Shown piece by piece: positions 39,054-53,552 of a stretch of DNA of 64,000 nt. Within the stretch, counting starts at the first letter, position 1; every line of letters begins with the position of its first letter. The stretch is from the NCBI RefSeq assembly GCF_964355755.1, contig NC_092675.1, forward strand, positions 13,550,912-13,614,911. Direction: 5' to 3'. The notes below the pieces were generated by a model. It saw only the letters and a program-made list of their open reading frames with translations, ran no database searches and was not told the DNA's origin. This DNA comes from Antedon mediterranea. Its lineage: Eukaryota > Animalia > Echinodermata. Made by a program: the position numbers and the translations under genes.

Positions 39054-42000
39054 GTGCTTAGAATAGCTTCAAATCGCATTTGGAGACGTTTTAGACCATT
39101 TTGTGATTTTTGAAAAAACTTGTTAACATAAAAACACCAAAGTGCTTAGAATAGCTTCAAATCACATTTGGAGACGTTTTAGACCATTTTGTGATTTTCG
39201 AAAAAACTTTTTAACATAAAAACACCAAAGTGCTTAGAATAGCTTCAAATCACATTTGGAGACGTTTTAGACCATTTTGTGATTTTTGAAAAAACTTGTT
39301 AACATAAAAACACGAAAGTGCTTAGAATAGCTTCAAATCGCATTTGGAAACGTTTTAGACCATTTTGTGATTTTCGAAAAAGATTGTTAACATAAAAACA
39401 CCAAAGTGTTTAGAATAGCTTCAAATCGCATTTGGAGACGGTTTAGACCATTTTGTGATTTTGAAAAAACTTGTTAACATAAAAACACCAAAGTGCTTAG
39501 AATAGCTTCAAATCGCATTTGGAGACGTTTTAGACCATTTTGTGATTTTCGAAAAAACTTGTTAACATAAAAACACCAAAGTGCTTAGAATAGCTTCAAA
39601 TCGTATTTGGAGACGTTTTAGACCATTTTGAGATTTTCGAAAAAACTTGGTTACACAAAAACATCAAAGTGCTTAAAATCACATTATAAACCGTTTTAGA
39701 CCATTTTGAGCATTTCGATAACACTTTTCACACAAAAACATCAAAGAGCACAAAATAGCTTAATATCGTATTTAAAAACGTTTTAGACCATTTTGAGCAT
39801 TTCGACAAAACTTTTTCACACAAAACACCAAAGTGCTTAGAATAGCTTCAAATCGCATTTGGAGACGTTTTAGACCAATTTGTGCATTTCGATGAAACTT
39901 GATTACACAAAAACATCAAAGTGCTTAAAATCACATTATAAACCGTTTTAGACCATTTTGAGCATTTCGATAACACTTTTCACACAAAAACATCAAAGAG
40001 CACAAAATAGCTTAATATCGTATTTAAAAACGTTTTAGACCATTTTGAGCATTTAGACAAAACTTTTTCACACAAAACACCAAAGTGTTTTAGACCAATT
40101 TGTGCATTTCGATGAAACTTGATTACACAAAAACATCAAAGTGCTTAAAATCACATTATAAACCGTTTTAGACCATTTTGAGCATTTCGATAACACTTTT
40201 CACACAAAAACATCAAAGAGCACAAAATAGCTTAATATCGTATTTAAAAACGTTTTAGACCATTTTGAGCATTTAGACAAAACTTTTTCACACAAAACAC
40301 CAAAGTGCTTAGAAAAGCTTCAAATCGAATTTGGAGACGTTTTAGACCATTTTGTGCATTTCGATGGAACTTGGTTACACAAAAACATCAAAGTGCTTAC
40401 AATCACATTATAAATCGTTTTAGACCATTTTGAGCATTTCGACAAAACTTTTTCACACAAAATACAAAAGTGCTTAGAATAGCTTCAAATCGCATTTGGA
40501 GACGTTTTAGACCATTTTGTGATTTTCGAAAAAACTTTTTAACATAAAAACACCAAAGTGCTTAGAATAGCTTCAAATCACATTTGGAGACGTTTTAGAC
40601 CATTTTGTGATTTTCGAAAAAACTTGTTAACATAAAAACACGAAAGTGCATAGAATAGCTTCAAATCGCATTTGGAAACGTTTTAGACCATTTTGTGATT
40701 TTCGAAAAAAATTGTTGATATAAAAACACCAAAGTGCTTAGAATCACATTATAAACCGTTTTAGACCATTTTGAGCATTTCGATAAAAATTTTCACAAAA
40801 AAACATCAAAGAGCACAAAATAGCTTAATATCGTATTTAAAAATGTTTTAGACCATTTTGAGCATTTAGATAAAACTTTTTCACACAAAACACCAAAGTG
40901 CTTAGAATAGCTTCAAATCGCATTTGGAGACGTTTTAGACCATTTTGTGATTTTTGAAAAAACTTGTTAACATAAAAACACCAAAGTGCTTAGAATAGCT
41001 TCAAATCACATTTGGAGACGTTTTAGACCATTTTGTGATTTTCGAAAAAACTTGTTAACATAAAAACACGAAAGTGCTTAGAATAGCTTCAAATCGCATT
41101 TGGAAACGTTTTAGACCATTTTGTGATTTTCGAAAAAACTTGTTAACATAAAAACACGAAAGTGCTTAGAATAGCTTCAAATCGCATTTGGAGACGTTTT
41201 AGACCATTTTGTGATTTTCGAAAAAACTTGTTAACATAAAAACACGAAAGTGCTTAGAATAGCTTCAAATCACATTTGGAGACGTTTTAGACCATTTTGT
41301 GATTTTTGAAAAAACTTGTTAACATAAAAACACGAAAGTGCTTAGAACAGCTTCAAATCGCATTTGGAAACGTTTTAGACCAATTTGTGCATTTCGATGA
41401 AACTTGATTACACAAAAACACCAAAGGGTTTAGAATAGCTTCAAATCGCATTTGGAGACGTTTTAGACCATTTTGTGATTTTGAAAAAACTTGTTAACAT
41501 AAAAACACCAAAGTGCTTAGAATAGCTTCAAATCGCATTTGGAGACGTTTTAGACCATTTTGTGATTTTCGAAAAAACTTGTTAACATAAAAACACCAAA
41601 GTGCTTAGAATAGCTTCAAATCGTATTTGGAGACGTTTTAGACCATTTTGAGATTTTCGAAAAAACTTGGTTACACAAAAACATCAAAGTGCTTAAAATC
41701 ACATTATAAACCGTTTTAGACCATTTTGAGCATTTCGATAACACTTTTCACACAAAAACATCAAAGAGCACAAAATAGCTTAATATCGTATTTAAAAACG
41801 TTTTAGACCATTTTGAGCATTTCGACAAAACTTTTTCACACAAAACACCAAAGTGCTTAGAATAGCTTCAAATCGCATTTGGAGACGTTTTAGACCAATT
41901 TGTGATTTTTGAAAAAACTTGTTAACATAAAAACACCAAAGTGTTTAGAATAGCTTCAAATCGCATTTGGAGACGTTTTAGACCAATTTGTGATTTTCGA

Positions 42001-45000
42001 AAAAACTTATCAACATAAAAACACCAAAGGGTTTAGAATAGCTTCAAATCGCATTTGGAGACGTTTTAGACCATTTTGTGATTTTGAAAAAACTTGTTAA
42101 CATAAAAACACCAAAGTGCTTAGAATAGCTTCAAATCGCATTTGGAGACGTTTTAGACCATTTTGTGATTTTCGAAAAAACTTGTTAACATAAAAACACC
42201 AAAGTGCTTAGAATAGCTTCAAATCGTATTTGGAGACGTTTTAGACCATTTTGAGATTTTCGAAAAAAGTTGGTTACACAAAAACATCAAAGTGCTTAAA
42301 ATAACATTATAAACCGTTTTAGACCATTTTGAGCATTTCGGTAACACTTTTCACACAAAAACATCAAAGAGCACAAAATAGCTTAATATCGTATTTAAAA
42401 ACGTTTTAGACCATTTTGAGCATTTAGACAAAACTTTTTCACACAAAACACCAAAGTGCTTAGAATAGCTTCAAATCGCATTTGGAGACGTTTTAGACCA
42501 TTTTGTGCATTTCGATGAAACTTGGTTACACAAAAACATCAAAGTGCTTAAAATCACATTATAAATCGTTTTAGACCATTTTGAGCATTTCGACAAAACT
42601 TTTTCACACAAAATACCAAAGTGCTTAGAATAGCTTCAAATCGCATTTGGAGACGTTTTAGACCATTTTGTGATTTTCGAAAAAACTTTTTAACATAAAA
42701 ACACCAAAGTGCTTAGAATAGCTTCAAATCACATTTGGAGACGTTTTAGACCATAAGTGCTTAGAATCACATTATAAACCGTTTTAGACCATTTTGAGCA
42801 TTTCGATAACAATTTTCACACAAAAACATCAAAGAGCACAAAATAGCTTAATATCGTATTTAAAAACGTTTTAGACCATTTTGAGCATTTAGACAAAACT
42901 TTTTCACACAAAACACCAAAGTGCTTAGAATAGCTTCAAATCGCATTTGGAGACGTTTTAGACCAATTTGTGATTTTTGAAAAAACTTGTTAACATAAAA
43001 ACACCAAAGTGCTTAGAATAGCTTCAAATCACATTTGGAGACGTTTTAGACCATTTTGTGATTTTGAACAAACTTGTTAACATAAAAACACCAAAGTGCT
43101 TAGAATAGCTTCAAATCGCATTTGGCGACGTTTTAGACCATTTTGTGATTTTCGAAAAAACTTGTTAACATAAAAACACCAAAGTGCTTAGAATAGCTTC
43201 AAATCGTATTTGGAGACGTTTTAGATCATTTTGAGATTTTCGAAAAAACTTGGTTACACAAAAACATCAAAGTGCTTAAAATAACATTATAAACCGTTTT
43301 AGACCATTTTGAGCATTTCGATAACACTTTTCACACAAAAACATCAAAGAGCACAAAATAGCTTAATATCGTATTTAAAAACGTTTTAGACCATTTTGAG
43401 CATTTCGACAAAACTTTTTCACACAAAACACCAAAGTGCTTAGAATAGCTTCAAATCGCATTTGGGGACGTTTTAGACCAATTTGTGCATTTCGATGAAA
43501 CTTGATTACACAAAAACATCAAAGTGCTTAAAATCACATTATAAACCGTTTTAGACCATTTTGAGCATTTCGATAACACTTTTCACACAAAAACATCAAA
43601 GAGCACAAAATAGCTTAATATCGTATTTAAAAACGTTTTAGACCATTTTGAGCATTTAGACAAAACTTTTTCACACAAAACACCAAAGTGCTTAGAATAG
43701 CTTCAAATCGCATTTGGAGACGTTTTAGACCATTTTGTGCATTTCGATGAAAGTTGGTTACACAAAAACTTCAAAGTGCTTAAAATCACATTATAAATCG
43801 TTTTAGACCATTTTGAGCATTTCGACAAAACTTTTTCACACAAAATACCAAAGTGCTTAGAATAGCTTCAAATCGCATTTGGAGACGTTTTAGACCATTT
43901 TGTGATTTTCGAAAAAACTTTTTAACATAAAAACACCAAAGTGCTTAGAATAGCTTCAAATCACATTTGGAGACGTTTTAGACCATAAGTGCTTAGAATC
44001 ACATTATAAACCGTTTTAGACCATTTTGAGCATTTCGATAACAATTTTAACACAAAAACATCAAAGAGCACAAAATAGCTTAATATCGTATTTAAAAATG
44101 TTTTAGACCATTTTGAGCATTTAGATAAAACTTTTTCACACAAAACACCAAAGTGCTTAGAATAGCTTCAAATCGCATTTGGAGACGTTTTAGACCAATT
44201 TGTGATTTTTGAAAAAACTTGTTAACATAAAAACACCAAAGTGCTTAGAATAGCTTCAAATCACATTTGGAGACGTTTTAGACCATTTTGTGATTTTGAA
44301 CAAACTTGTTAACATAAAAACACCAAAGTGCTTAGAATAGCTTCAAATCGCATTTGGAGACGTTTTAGACCATTTTGTGATTTTCGAAAAAACTTGTTAA
44401 CATAAAAACACCAAAGTGCTTAGAATAGCTTCAAATCGTATTTGGAGACGTTTTAGACCATTTTGAGATTTTCGAAAAAACTTGGTTACACAAAAACATC
44501 AAAGTGCTTAAAATCACATTATAAACCGTTTTAGACCATTTTGAGCATTTCGATAACACTTTTCACACAAAAACATCAAAGAGCACAAAATAGCTTAATA
44601 TCGTATTTAAAAACGTTTTAGACCATTTTGAGCATTTCGACAAAACTTTTTCACACAAAACACCAAAGTGCTTAGAATAGCTTCAAATCGCATTTGGAGA
44701 CGTTTTAGACCAATTTGTGCATTTCGATGAAACTTGATTACACAAAAACATCAAAGTGCTTAAAATCACATTATAAACCGTTTTAGACCATTTTGAGCAT
44801 TTCGATAACACTTTTCACACAAAAACATCAAAGAGCACAAAATAGCTTAATATCGTATTTAAAAACGTTTTAGACCATTTTGAGCATTTAGACAAAACTT
44901 TTTCACACAAAACACCAAAGTGCTTAGAATAGCTTCAAATCGCATTTGGAGACGTTTTAGACCATTTTGTGCATTTCGATGAAACTTGGTTACACAAAAA

Positions 45001-48000
45001 CATCAAAGTGCTTAAAATCATATTATAAATCGTTTTAGACCATTTTGAGCATTTCGACAAAACTTTTTCACACAAAATACCAAAGTGCTTAGAATAGCTT
45101 CAAATCGCATTTCGAGACGTTCTAGACCATTTTGTGATTTTCGAAAAAACTTTTTAACATAAAAACACCAAAGTGCTTAGAATAGCTTCAAATCACATTT
45201 GGAGACATTTTAGACCATTTTGTGATTTTCGAAAAAACTTGTTAACATAAAAACACGAAAGTGCTTAGAATAGCTTCAAATCGCATTTGGAAACGTTTTA
45301 GACCATTTTGTGATTTTCGAAAAAAATTGTTAACATAAAAACACCAAAGTGCTTAGAATCACATTATAAACCGTTTTAGACCATTTTGAGCATTTCGATA
45401 ACAATTTTCACACAAAAACATCAAAGAGCACAAAATAGCTTAATATCGTATTTAAAAATGTTTTAGACCATTTTGAGCATTTAGATAAAACTTTTTCACA
45501 CAAAACACCAAAGTGCTTAGAATAGCTTCAAATCGCATTTGGAGACGTTTTAGACCATTTTGTGATTTTTGAAAAAACTTGTTAACATAAAAACACCAAA
45601 GTGCTTAGAATAGCTTCAAATCACATTTGGAGACGTTTTAGACCATTTTGTGATTTTCGAAAAAACTTTTTAACATAAAAACACCAAAGTGCTTAGAATA
45701 GCTTCAAATCACATTTGGAGACGTTTTAGACCATTTTTGTGATTTTTGAAAAAACTTGTTAACATAAAAACACGAAAGTGCTTAGAATAGCTTCAAATCG
45801 CATTTGGAAACGTTTTAGACCATTTTGTGATTTTCGAAAAAGATTGTTAACATAAAAACACCAAAGTGTTTAGAATAGCTTCAAATCGCATTTGGAGACG
45901 GTTTAGACCATTTTGTGATTTTGAAAAAACTTGTTAACATAAAAACACCAAAGTGCTTAGAATAGCTTCAAATCGCATTTGGAGACGTTTTAGACCATTT
46001 TGTGATTTTCGAAAAAACTTGTTAACATAAAAACACCAAAGTGCTTAGAATAGCTTCAAATCGTATTTGGAGACGTTTTAGACCATTTTGAGATTTTCGA
46101 AAAAACTTGGTTACACAAAAACATCAAAGTGCTTAAAATCACATTATAAACCGTTTTAGACCATTTTGAGCATTTCGATAACACTTTTCACACAAAAACA
46201 TCAAAGAGCACAAAATAGCTTAATATCGTATTTAAAAACGTTTTAGACCATTTTGAGCATTTCGACAAAACTTTTTCACACAAAACACCAAAGTGCTTAG
46301 AATAGCTTCAAATCGCATTTGGAGACGTTTTAGACCAATTTGTGCATTTCGATGAAACTTGATTACACAAAAACATCAAAGTGCTTAAAATCACATTATA
46401 AACCGTTTTAGACCATTTTGAGCATTTCGATAACACTTTTCACACAAAAACATCAAAGAGCACAAAATAGCTTAATATCGTATTTAAAAACGTTTTAGAC
46501 CATTTTGAGCATTTAGACAAAACTTTTTCACACAAAACACCAAAGTGCTTAGAAAAGCTTCAAATCGCATTTGGAGACGTTTTAGACCATTTTGTGCATT
46601 TCGATGGAACTTGGTTACACAAAAACATCAAAGTGCTTAAAATCACATTATAAATCGTTTTAGACCATTTTGAGCATTTCGACAAAACTTTTTCACACAA
46701 AATACAAAAGTGCTTAGAATAGCTTCAAATCGCATTTGGAGACGTTTTAGACCATTTTGTGATTTTCGAAAAAACTTTTTAACATAAAAACACCAAAGTG
46801 CTTAGAATAGCTTCAAATCACATTTGGAGACGTTTTAGACCATTTTGTGATTTTCGAAAAAACTTGTTAACATAAAAACACGAAAGTGCATAGAATAGCT
46901 TCAAATCGCATTTGGAAACGTTTTAGACCATTTTGTGATTTTCGAAAAAAATTGTTGACATAAAAACACCAAAGTGCTTAGAATCACATTATAAACCGTT
47001 TTAGACCATTTTGAGCATTTCGATAAAAATTTTCACAAAAAAACATCAAAGAGCACAAAATAGCTTAATATCGTATTTAAAAATGTTTTAGACCATTTTG
47101 AGCATTTAGATAAAACTTTTTCACACAAAACACCAAAGTGCTTAGAATAGCTTCAAATCGCATTTGGAGACGTTTTAGACCATTTTGTGATTTTTGAAAA
47201 AACTTGTTAACATAAAAACACCAAAGTGCTTAGAATAGCTTCAAATCACATTTGGAGACGTTTTAGACCATTTTGTGATTTTCGAAAAAACTTGTTAACA
47301 TAAAAACACGAAAGTGCTTAGAATAGCTTCAAATCGTATTTGGAAACGTTTTAGACCATTTTGTGATTTTCGAAAAAACTTGTTAACATAAAAACACGAA
47401 AGTGCTTAGAATAGCTTCAAATCGCATTTGGAGACGTTTTAGACCATTTTGTGATTTTCGAAAAAACTTGTTAACATAAAAACACGAAAGTGCTTAGAAT
47501 AGCTTCAAATCACATTTGGAGACGTTTTAGACCATTTTGTGATTTTTGAAAAAACTTGTTAACATAAAAACACGAAAGTGCTTAGAATAGCTTCAAATCG
47601 CATTTGGAAACGTTTTAGACCAATTTGTGCATTTCGATGAAACTTGATTACACAAAAACATCAAAGTGCTTAAAATCACATTATAAACCGTTTTAGACCA
47701 TTTTGAGCATTTCGATAACACTTTTCACACAAAAACATTAAAGAGCACAAAATAGCTTAATATCGTATTTAAAAACGTTTTAGACCATTTTGAGCATTTA
47801 GACAAAACTTTTTCACACAAAACACCAAAGTGCTTAGAATAGCTTCAAATCGCATTTGGAGACGTTTTAGACCATTTTGTGCATTTCGATGAAACTTGGT
47901 TACACAAAAACATCAAAGTGCTTAAAATCACATTATAAATCGTTTTAGACCATTTTGAGCATTTCGACAAAACTTTTTCACACAAAATACCAAAGTGCTT

Positions 48001-51000
48001 AGAATAGCTTCAAATCGCATTTCGAGACGTTTTAGACCATTTTGTGATTTTCGAAAAAACTTTTTAACATAAAAACACCAAAGTGCTTAGAATAGCTTCA
48101 AATCACATTTGGAGACATTTTAGACCATTTTGTGATTTTCAAAAAAACTTGTTAACATAAAAACACGAAAGTTCTTAGAATAGCTTCAAATCGCATTTGG
48201 AAACGTTTTAGACCATTTTGTGATTTTCGAAAAAAATTGTTAACATAAAAACACCAAAGTGCTTAGAATCACATTATAAACCGTTTTAGACCATTTTGAG
48301 CATTTCGATAACAATTTTCACACAAAAACATCAAAGAGCACAAAATAGCTTAATATCGTATTTAAAAATGTTTTAGACCATTTTGAGCATTTAGATAAAA
48401 CTTTTTCACACAAAACACCAAAGTGCTTAGAATAGCTTCAAATCGCATTTGGAGACGTTTTAGACCATTTTGTGATTTTTGAAAAAACTTGTTAACATAA
48501 AAACACCAAAGTGCTTAGAATAGCTTCAAATCACATTTTGATACGTTTTAGCCCATTTTGTGATTTTCGAAAAAACTTGTTAACATAAAAACACCAAAGT
48601 GCTTAGAATAGCTTCAAATCGTATTTGGAGACGTTTTAGACCATTTTGAGATTTTCGAAAAAACTTGGTTACACAAAAACATCAAAGTGCTTAAAATCAC
48701 ATTATAAACCGTTTTAGACCATTTTGAGCATTTCGATAACACTTTTCACACAAAAACATCAAAGAGCACAAAATAGCTTAATATCGTATTTAAAAACGTT
48801 TTAGACCATTTTGAGCATTTCGACAAAACTTTTTCACACAAAACACCAAAGTGCTTAGAATAGCTTCAAATCGCATTTGGAGACGTTTTAGACCAATTTG
48901 TGATTTTTGAAAAAACTTGTTAACATAAAAACACCAAAGTGCTTAGAATAGCTTCAAATCACATTTGGAGACGTTTTAGACCATTTTGTGATTTTCGAAA
49001 AAACTTGTTAACATAAAAACACGAAAGTGCTTAGAATAGCTTCAAATCGCATTTGGAGACGTTTTAGAACATTTTGTGTTTTTCGAAAAAAACTGTTAAC
49101 ATAAAAACACCAAAGTGCTTAGAATAGCTTCAAATCGCATTTGGAGACGTTTTAGACCATTTTGTGATTTTTGAAAAAACTTGTTAACATAAAAACACCA
49201 AAGTGCTTAGAATAGCTTCAAATCACATTTGGAGACGTTTTAGACCATTTTGTGATTTTCGAAAAAACTTGTTAACATAAAAACACGAAAGTGCTTAGAA
49301 TAGCTTCAAATCGCATTTGGAAACGTTTTAGACCATTTTGTGATTTTCGAAAAAACTTGTTAACATAAAAACACCAAAGTGTTTAGAATAGCTTCAAATC
49401 GCATTTGGAGACGTTTTAGACCAATTTGTGATTTTCGAAAAAACTTATCAACATAAAAACACCAAAGTGCTTAGAATAGCTTCAAATCGCATTTGGAGAC
49501 GGTTTAGACCATTTTGTGATTTTCGAAAAAACTTGGTTACACAAAAACATCAAAGTGCTTAAAATCACATTATAAACCGTTTTAGACCATTTTGAACATT
49601 TCGATAACACTTTTCACACAAAAACATCAAAGAGCACAAAATAGCTTAATATCGTATTTAAAAACGTTTTGGACCATTTTGAGCATTTCGACAAAACTTT
49701 TTCACACAAAACACCAAAGTGCTTAGAATAGCTTCAAATCGCATTTGGAGACGTTTTAGACCAATTTGTGCATTTCGATGAAACTTGATTACACAAAAAC
49801 ATCAACGTGCTTAAAATCACATTATAAACCGTTTTAGACCATTTTGAGCATTTCGATAACAATTTTCACACAAAAACATCAAAGAGCACAAAATAGCTTA
49901 ATATCGTATTTAAAAACGTTTTAGACCATTTTGAGCATTTAGACAAAACTTTTTCACACAAAACACCAAAGTGCTTAGAATAGCTTCAAATCGCATTTGG
50001 AGACGTTTTAGACCATTTTGTGCATTTCGATGAAACTTGGTTACACAAAAACATCAAAGTGCTTAAAATCACATTATAAATCGTTTTAGACCATTTTGAG
50101 GATTTCGACAAAACTTTTTCACACCAAATACCAAAGGGCTTAGAATAGCTTCAAATCGCATTTGGAGACGTTTTAGACCATTTTGTGATTTTCGAAAAAA
50201 CTTTTTAACATAAAAACACCAAAGTGCTTAGAATAGCTTCAAATCACATTTGGAGACGTTTTAGACCATTTTGTGATTTTCGAAAAAACTTGTTAACATA
50301 AAAACACGAAAGTGCTTAGAATAGCTTCAAATCGCAATTGGAAACGTTTTAGACCATTTTGTGATTTTCGAAAAAAATTGTTAACATAAAAACACCAAAG
50401 TGCTTAGAATCACATTATAAACCGTTTTAGACCATTTTGAGCATTTCGATAACAATTTTCACACAAAAACATCAAAGAGCACAAAATAGCTTAATATCGT
50501 ATTTAAAAATGTTTTAGACCATTTTGAGCATTTAGATAAAACTTTTTCACACAAAACACCAAAGTGCTTAGAATAGCTTCAAATCGCATTTGGAGACGTT
50601 TTAGACCATTTTGTGATTTTTGAAAAAACTTGTTAACATAAAAACACCAAAGTGCTTAGAATAGCTTCAAATCACATTTGGAGACGTTTTAGACCATTTT
50701 GTGATTTTCGAAAAAACTTGTTAACATAAAAACACGAAAGTGCTTAGAATAGCTTCAAATCGCATTTGGAAACGTTTTAGACCATTTTGTGATTTTCGAA
50801 AAAACTTGTTAACATAAAAACACGAAAGTGCTTAGAATAGCTTCAAATCGCATTTGGAAACGTTTTAGACCATTTTGTGATTTTCGAAAAAAATTTTTAA
50901 CATAAAAACACCAAAGTGTTTAGAATAGCTTCAAATCGCATTTGGAGACGTTTTAGACCAATTTGTGATTTTCGAAAAAACTTATCAACATAAAAACACC

Positions 51001-51090
51001 AAAGGGTTTAGAATAGCTTCAAATCGCATTTGGAGACGTTTTAGACCATTTTGTGATTTTGAAAAAACTTGTTAACATAAAAACACCAAA

Positions 51091-53552
51091 GTGCTTAGAA
51101 TAGCTTCAAATCGCATTTGGAGACGTTTTAGACCATTTTGTGATTTTCGAAAAAACTTGTTAACATAAAAACACCAAAGTGCTTAGAATAGCTTCAAATC
51201 GTATTTGGAGACGTTTTAGACCATTTTGAGATTTTCGAAAAAACTTGGTTACACAAAAACATCAAAGTGCTTAAAATCACATTATAAACCGTTTTAGACC
51301 ATTTTGAGCATTTCGATAACACTTTTCACACAAAAACATCAAAGAGCACAAAATAGCTTAATATCGTATTTAAAAACGTTTTAGACCATTTTGAGCATTT
51401 CGACAAAACTTTTTCACACAAAACACCAAAGTGCTTAGAATAGCTTCAAATCGCATTTGGAGACGTTTTAGACCAATTTGTGCATTTCGATGAAACTTGA
51501 TTACACAAAAACATCAAAGTGCTTAAAATCACATTATAAACCGTTTTAGACCATTTTGAGCATTTCGATAACACTTTTCACACAAAAACATCAAAGAGCA
51601 CAAAATAGCTTAATATCGTATTTAAAAACGTTTTAGACCATTTTGAGCATTTAGACAAAACTTTTTCACACAAAACACCAAAGTGCTTAGAATAGCTTCA
51701 AATCGCATTTGGAGACGTTTTAGACCATTTTGTGCATTTCGATGAAACTTGGTTACGCAAAAACATCAAAGTGCTTAAAATCACATTATAAATCGTTTTA
51801 GACCATTTTGAGCATTTCGACAGAACTTTTTCACACAAAATACCAAAGTGCTTAGAATAGCTTCAAATCGCATTTGGAGACGTTTTAGACCATTTTGTGA
51901 TTTTCGAAAAAACTTTTTAACATAAAAACACCAAAGTGCTTAGAATAGCTTCAAATCACATTTGGAGACGTTTTAGACCATAAGTGCTTAGAATCACATT
52001 ATAAACCGTTTTAGACCATTTTGAGCATTTCGATAACAATTTTAACACAAAAACATCAAAGAGCACAAAATAGCTTAATATCGTATTTAAAAATGTTTTA
52101 GACCATTTTGAGCATTTAGATAAAACTTTTTCACACAAAACACCAAAGTGCTTAGAATAGCTTCAAATCGCATTTGGAGACGTTTTAGACCAATTTGTGA
52201 TTTTTGAAAAAACTTGTTAACATAAAAACACCAAAGTGCTTAGAATAGCTTCAAATCACATTTGGAGACGTTTTAGACCATTTTGTGATTTTGAACAAAC
52301 TTGTTAACATAAAAACACCAAAGTGCTTAGAATAGCTTCAAATCGCATTTGGAGACGTTTTAGACCATTTTGTGATTTTCGAAAAAACTTGTTAACATAA
52401 AAACACCAAAGTGCTTAGAATAGCTTCAAATCGTATTTGGAGACGTTTTAGACCATTTTGAGATTTTCGAAAAAACTTGGTTACACAAAAACATCAAAGT
52501 GCTTAAAATCACATTATAAACCGTTTTAGACCATTTTGAGCATTTCGATAACACTTTTCACACAAAAACATCAAAGAGCACAAAATAGCTTAATATCGTA
52601 TTTAAAAACGTTTTAGACCATTTTGAGCATTTCGACAAAACTTTTTCACACAAAACACCAAAGTGCTTAGAATAGCTTCAAATCGCATTTGGAGACGTTT
52701 TAGACCAATTTGTGCATTTCGATGAAACTTGATTACACAAAAACATCAAAGTGCTTAAAATCACATTATAAACCGTTTTAGACCATTTTGAGCATTTCGA
52801 TAACACTTTTCACACAAAACCATCAAAGAGCACAAAATAGCTTAATATCGTATTTAAAAACGTTTTAGACCATTTTGAGCATTTAGACAAAACTTTTTCA
52901 CACAAAACACCAAAGTGCTTAGAATAGCTTCAAATCGCATTTGGAGACGTTTTAGACCATTTTGTGCATTTCGATGAAACTTGGTTACACAAAAAACAAA
53001 GTGCTTAAAATCACATTATAAATCGTTTTAGACCATTTTGAGCATTTCGACAAAACTTTTTCACACAAAATACCAAAGTGCTTAGAATAGCTTCAAATCG
53101 CATTTGGAGACGTTTTAGACCATTTTGTGATTTTCGAAAAAACTTTTTAACATAAAAACACCAAAGTGCTTAGAATAGCTTCAAATCACATTTGGAGACG
53201 TTTTAGACCATAAGTGCTTAGAATCACATTATAAACCGTTTTAGACCATTTTGAGCATTTCGATAACAATTTTAACACAAAAACATCAAAGAGCACAAAA
53301 TAGCTTAATATCGTATTTAAAAATGTTTTAGACCATTTTGAGCATTTAGATAAAACTTTTTCACACAAAACACCAAAGTGCTTAGAATAGCTTCAAATCG
53401 CATTTGGAGACGTTTTAGACCAATTTGTGATTTTTGAAAAAACTTGTTAACATAAAAACACCAAAGTGCTTAGAATAGCTTCAAATCACATTTGGAGACG
53501 TTTTAGACCATTTTGTGATTTTGAACAAACTTGTTAACATAAAAACACCAAA
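51091..53552 (+). repeat. Tandem 15-monomer HOR variant with a 1,232-bp period
   Basis: E monomers at 51179 and 52411 (offset 1,232). CCATAAG at 51978 and 53208 (offset 1,230 after a 2-bp loss near 52995). The same 1,232 spacing occurs between 42751 and 43983. Confidence 0.85.
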
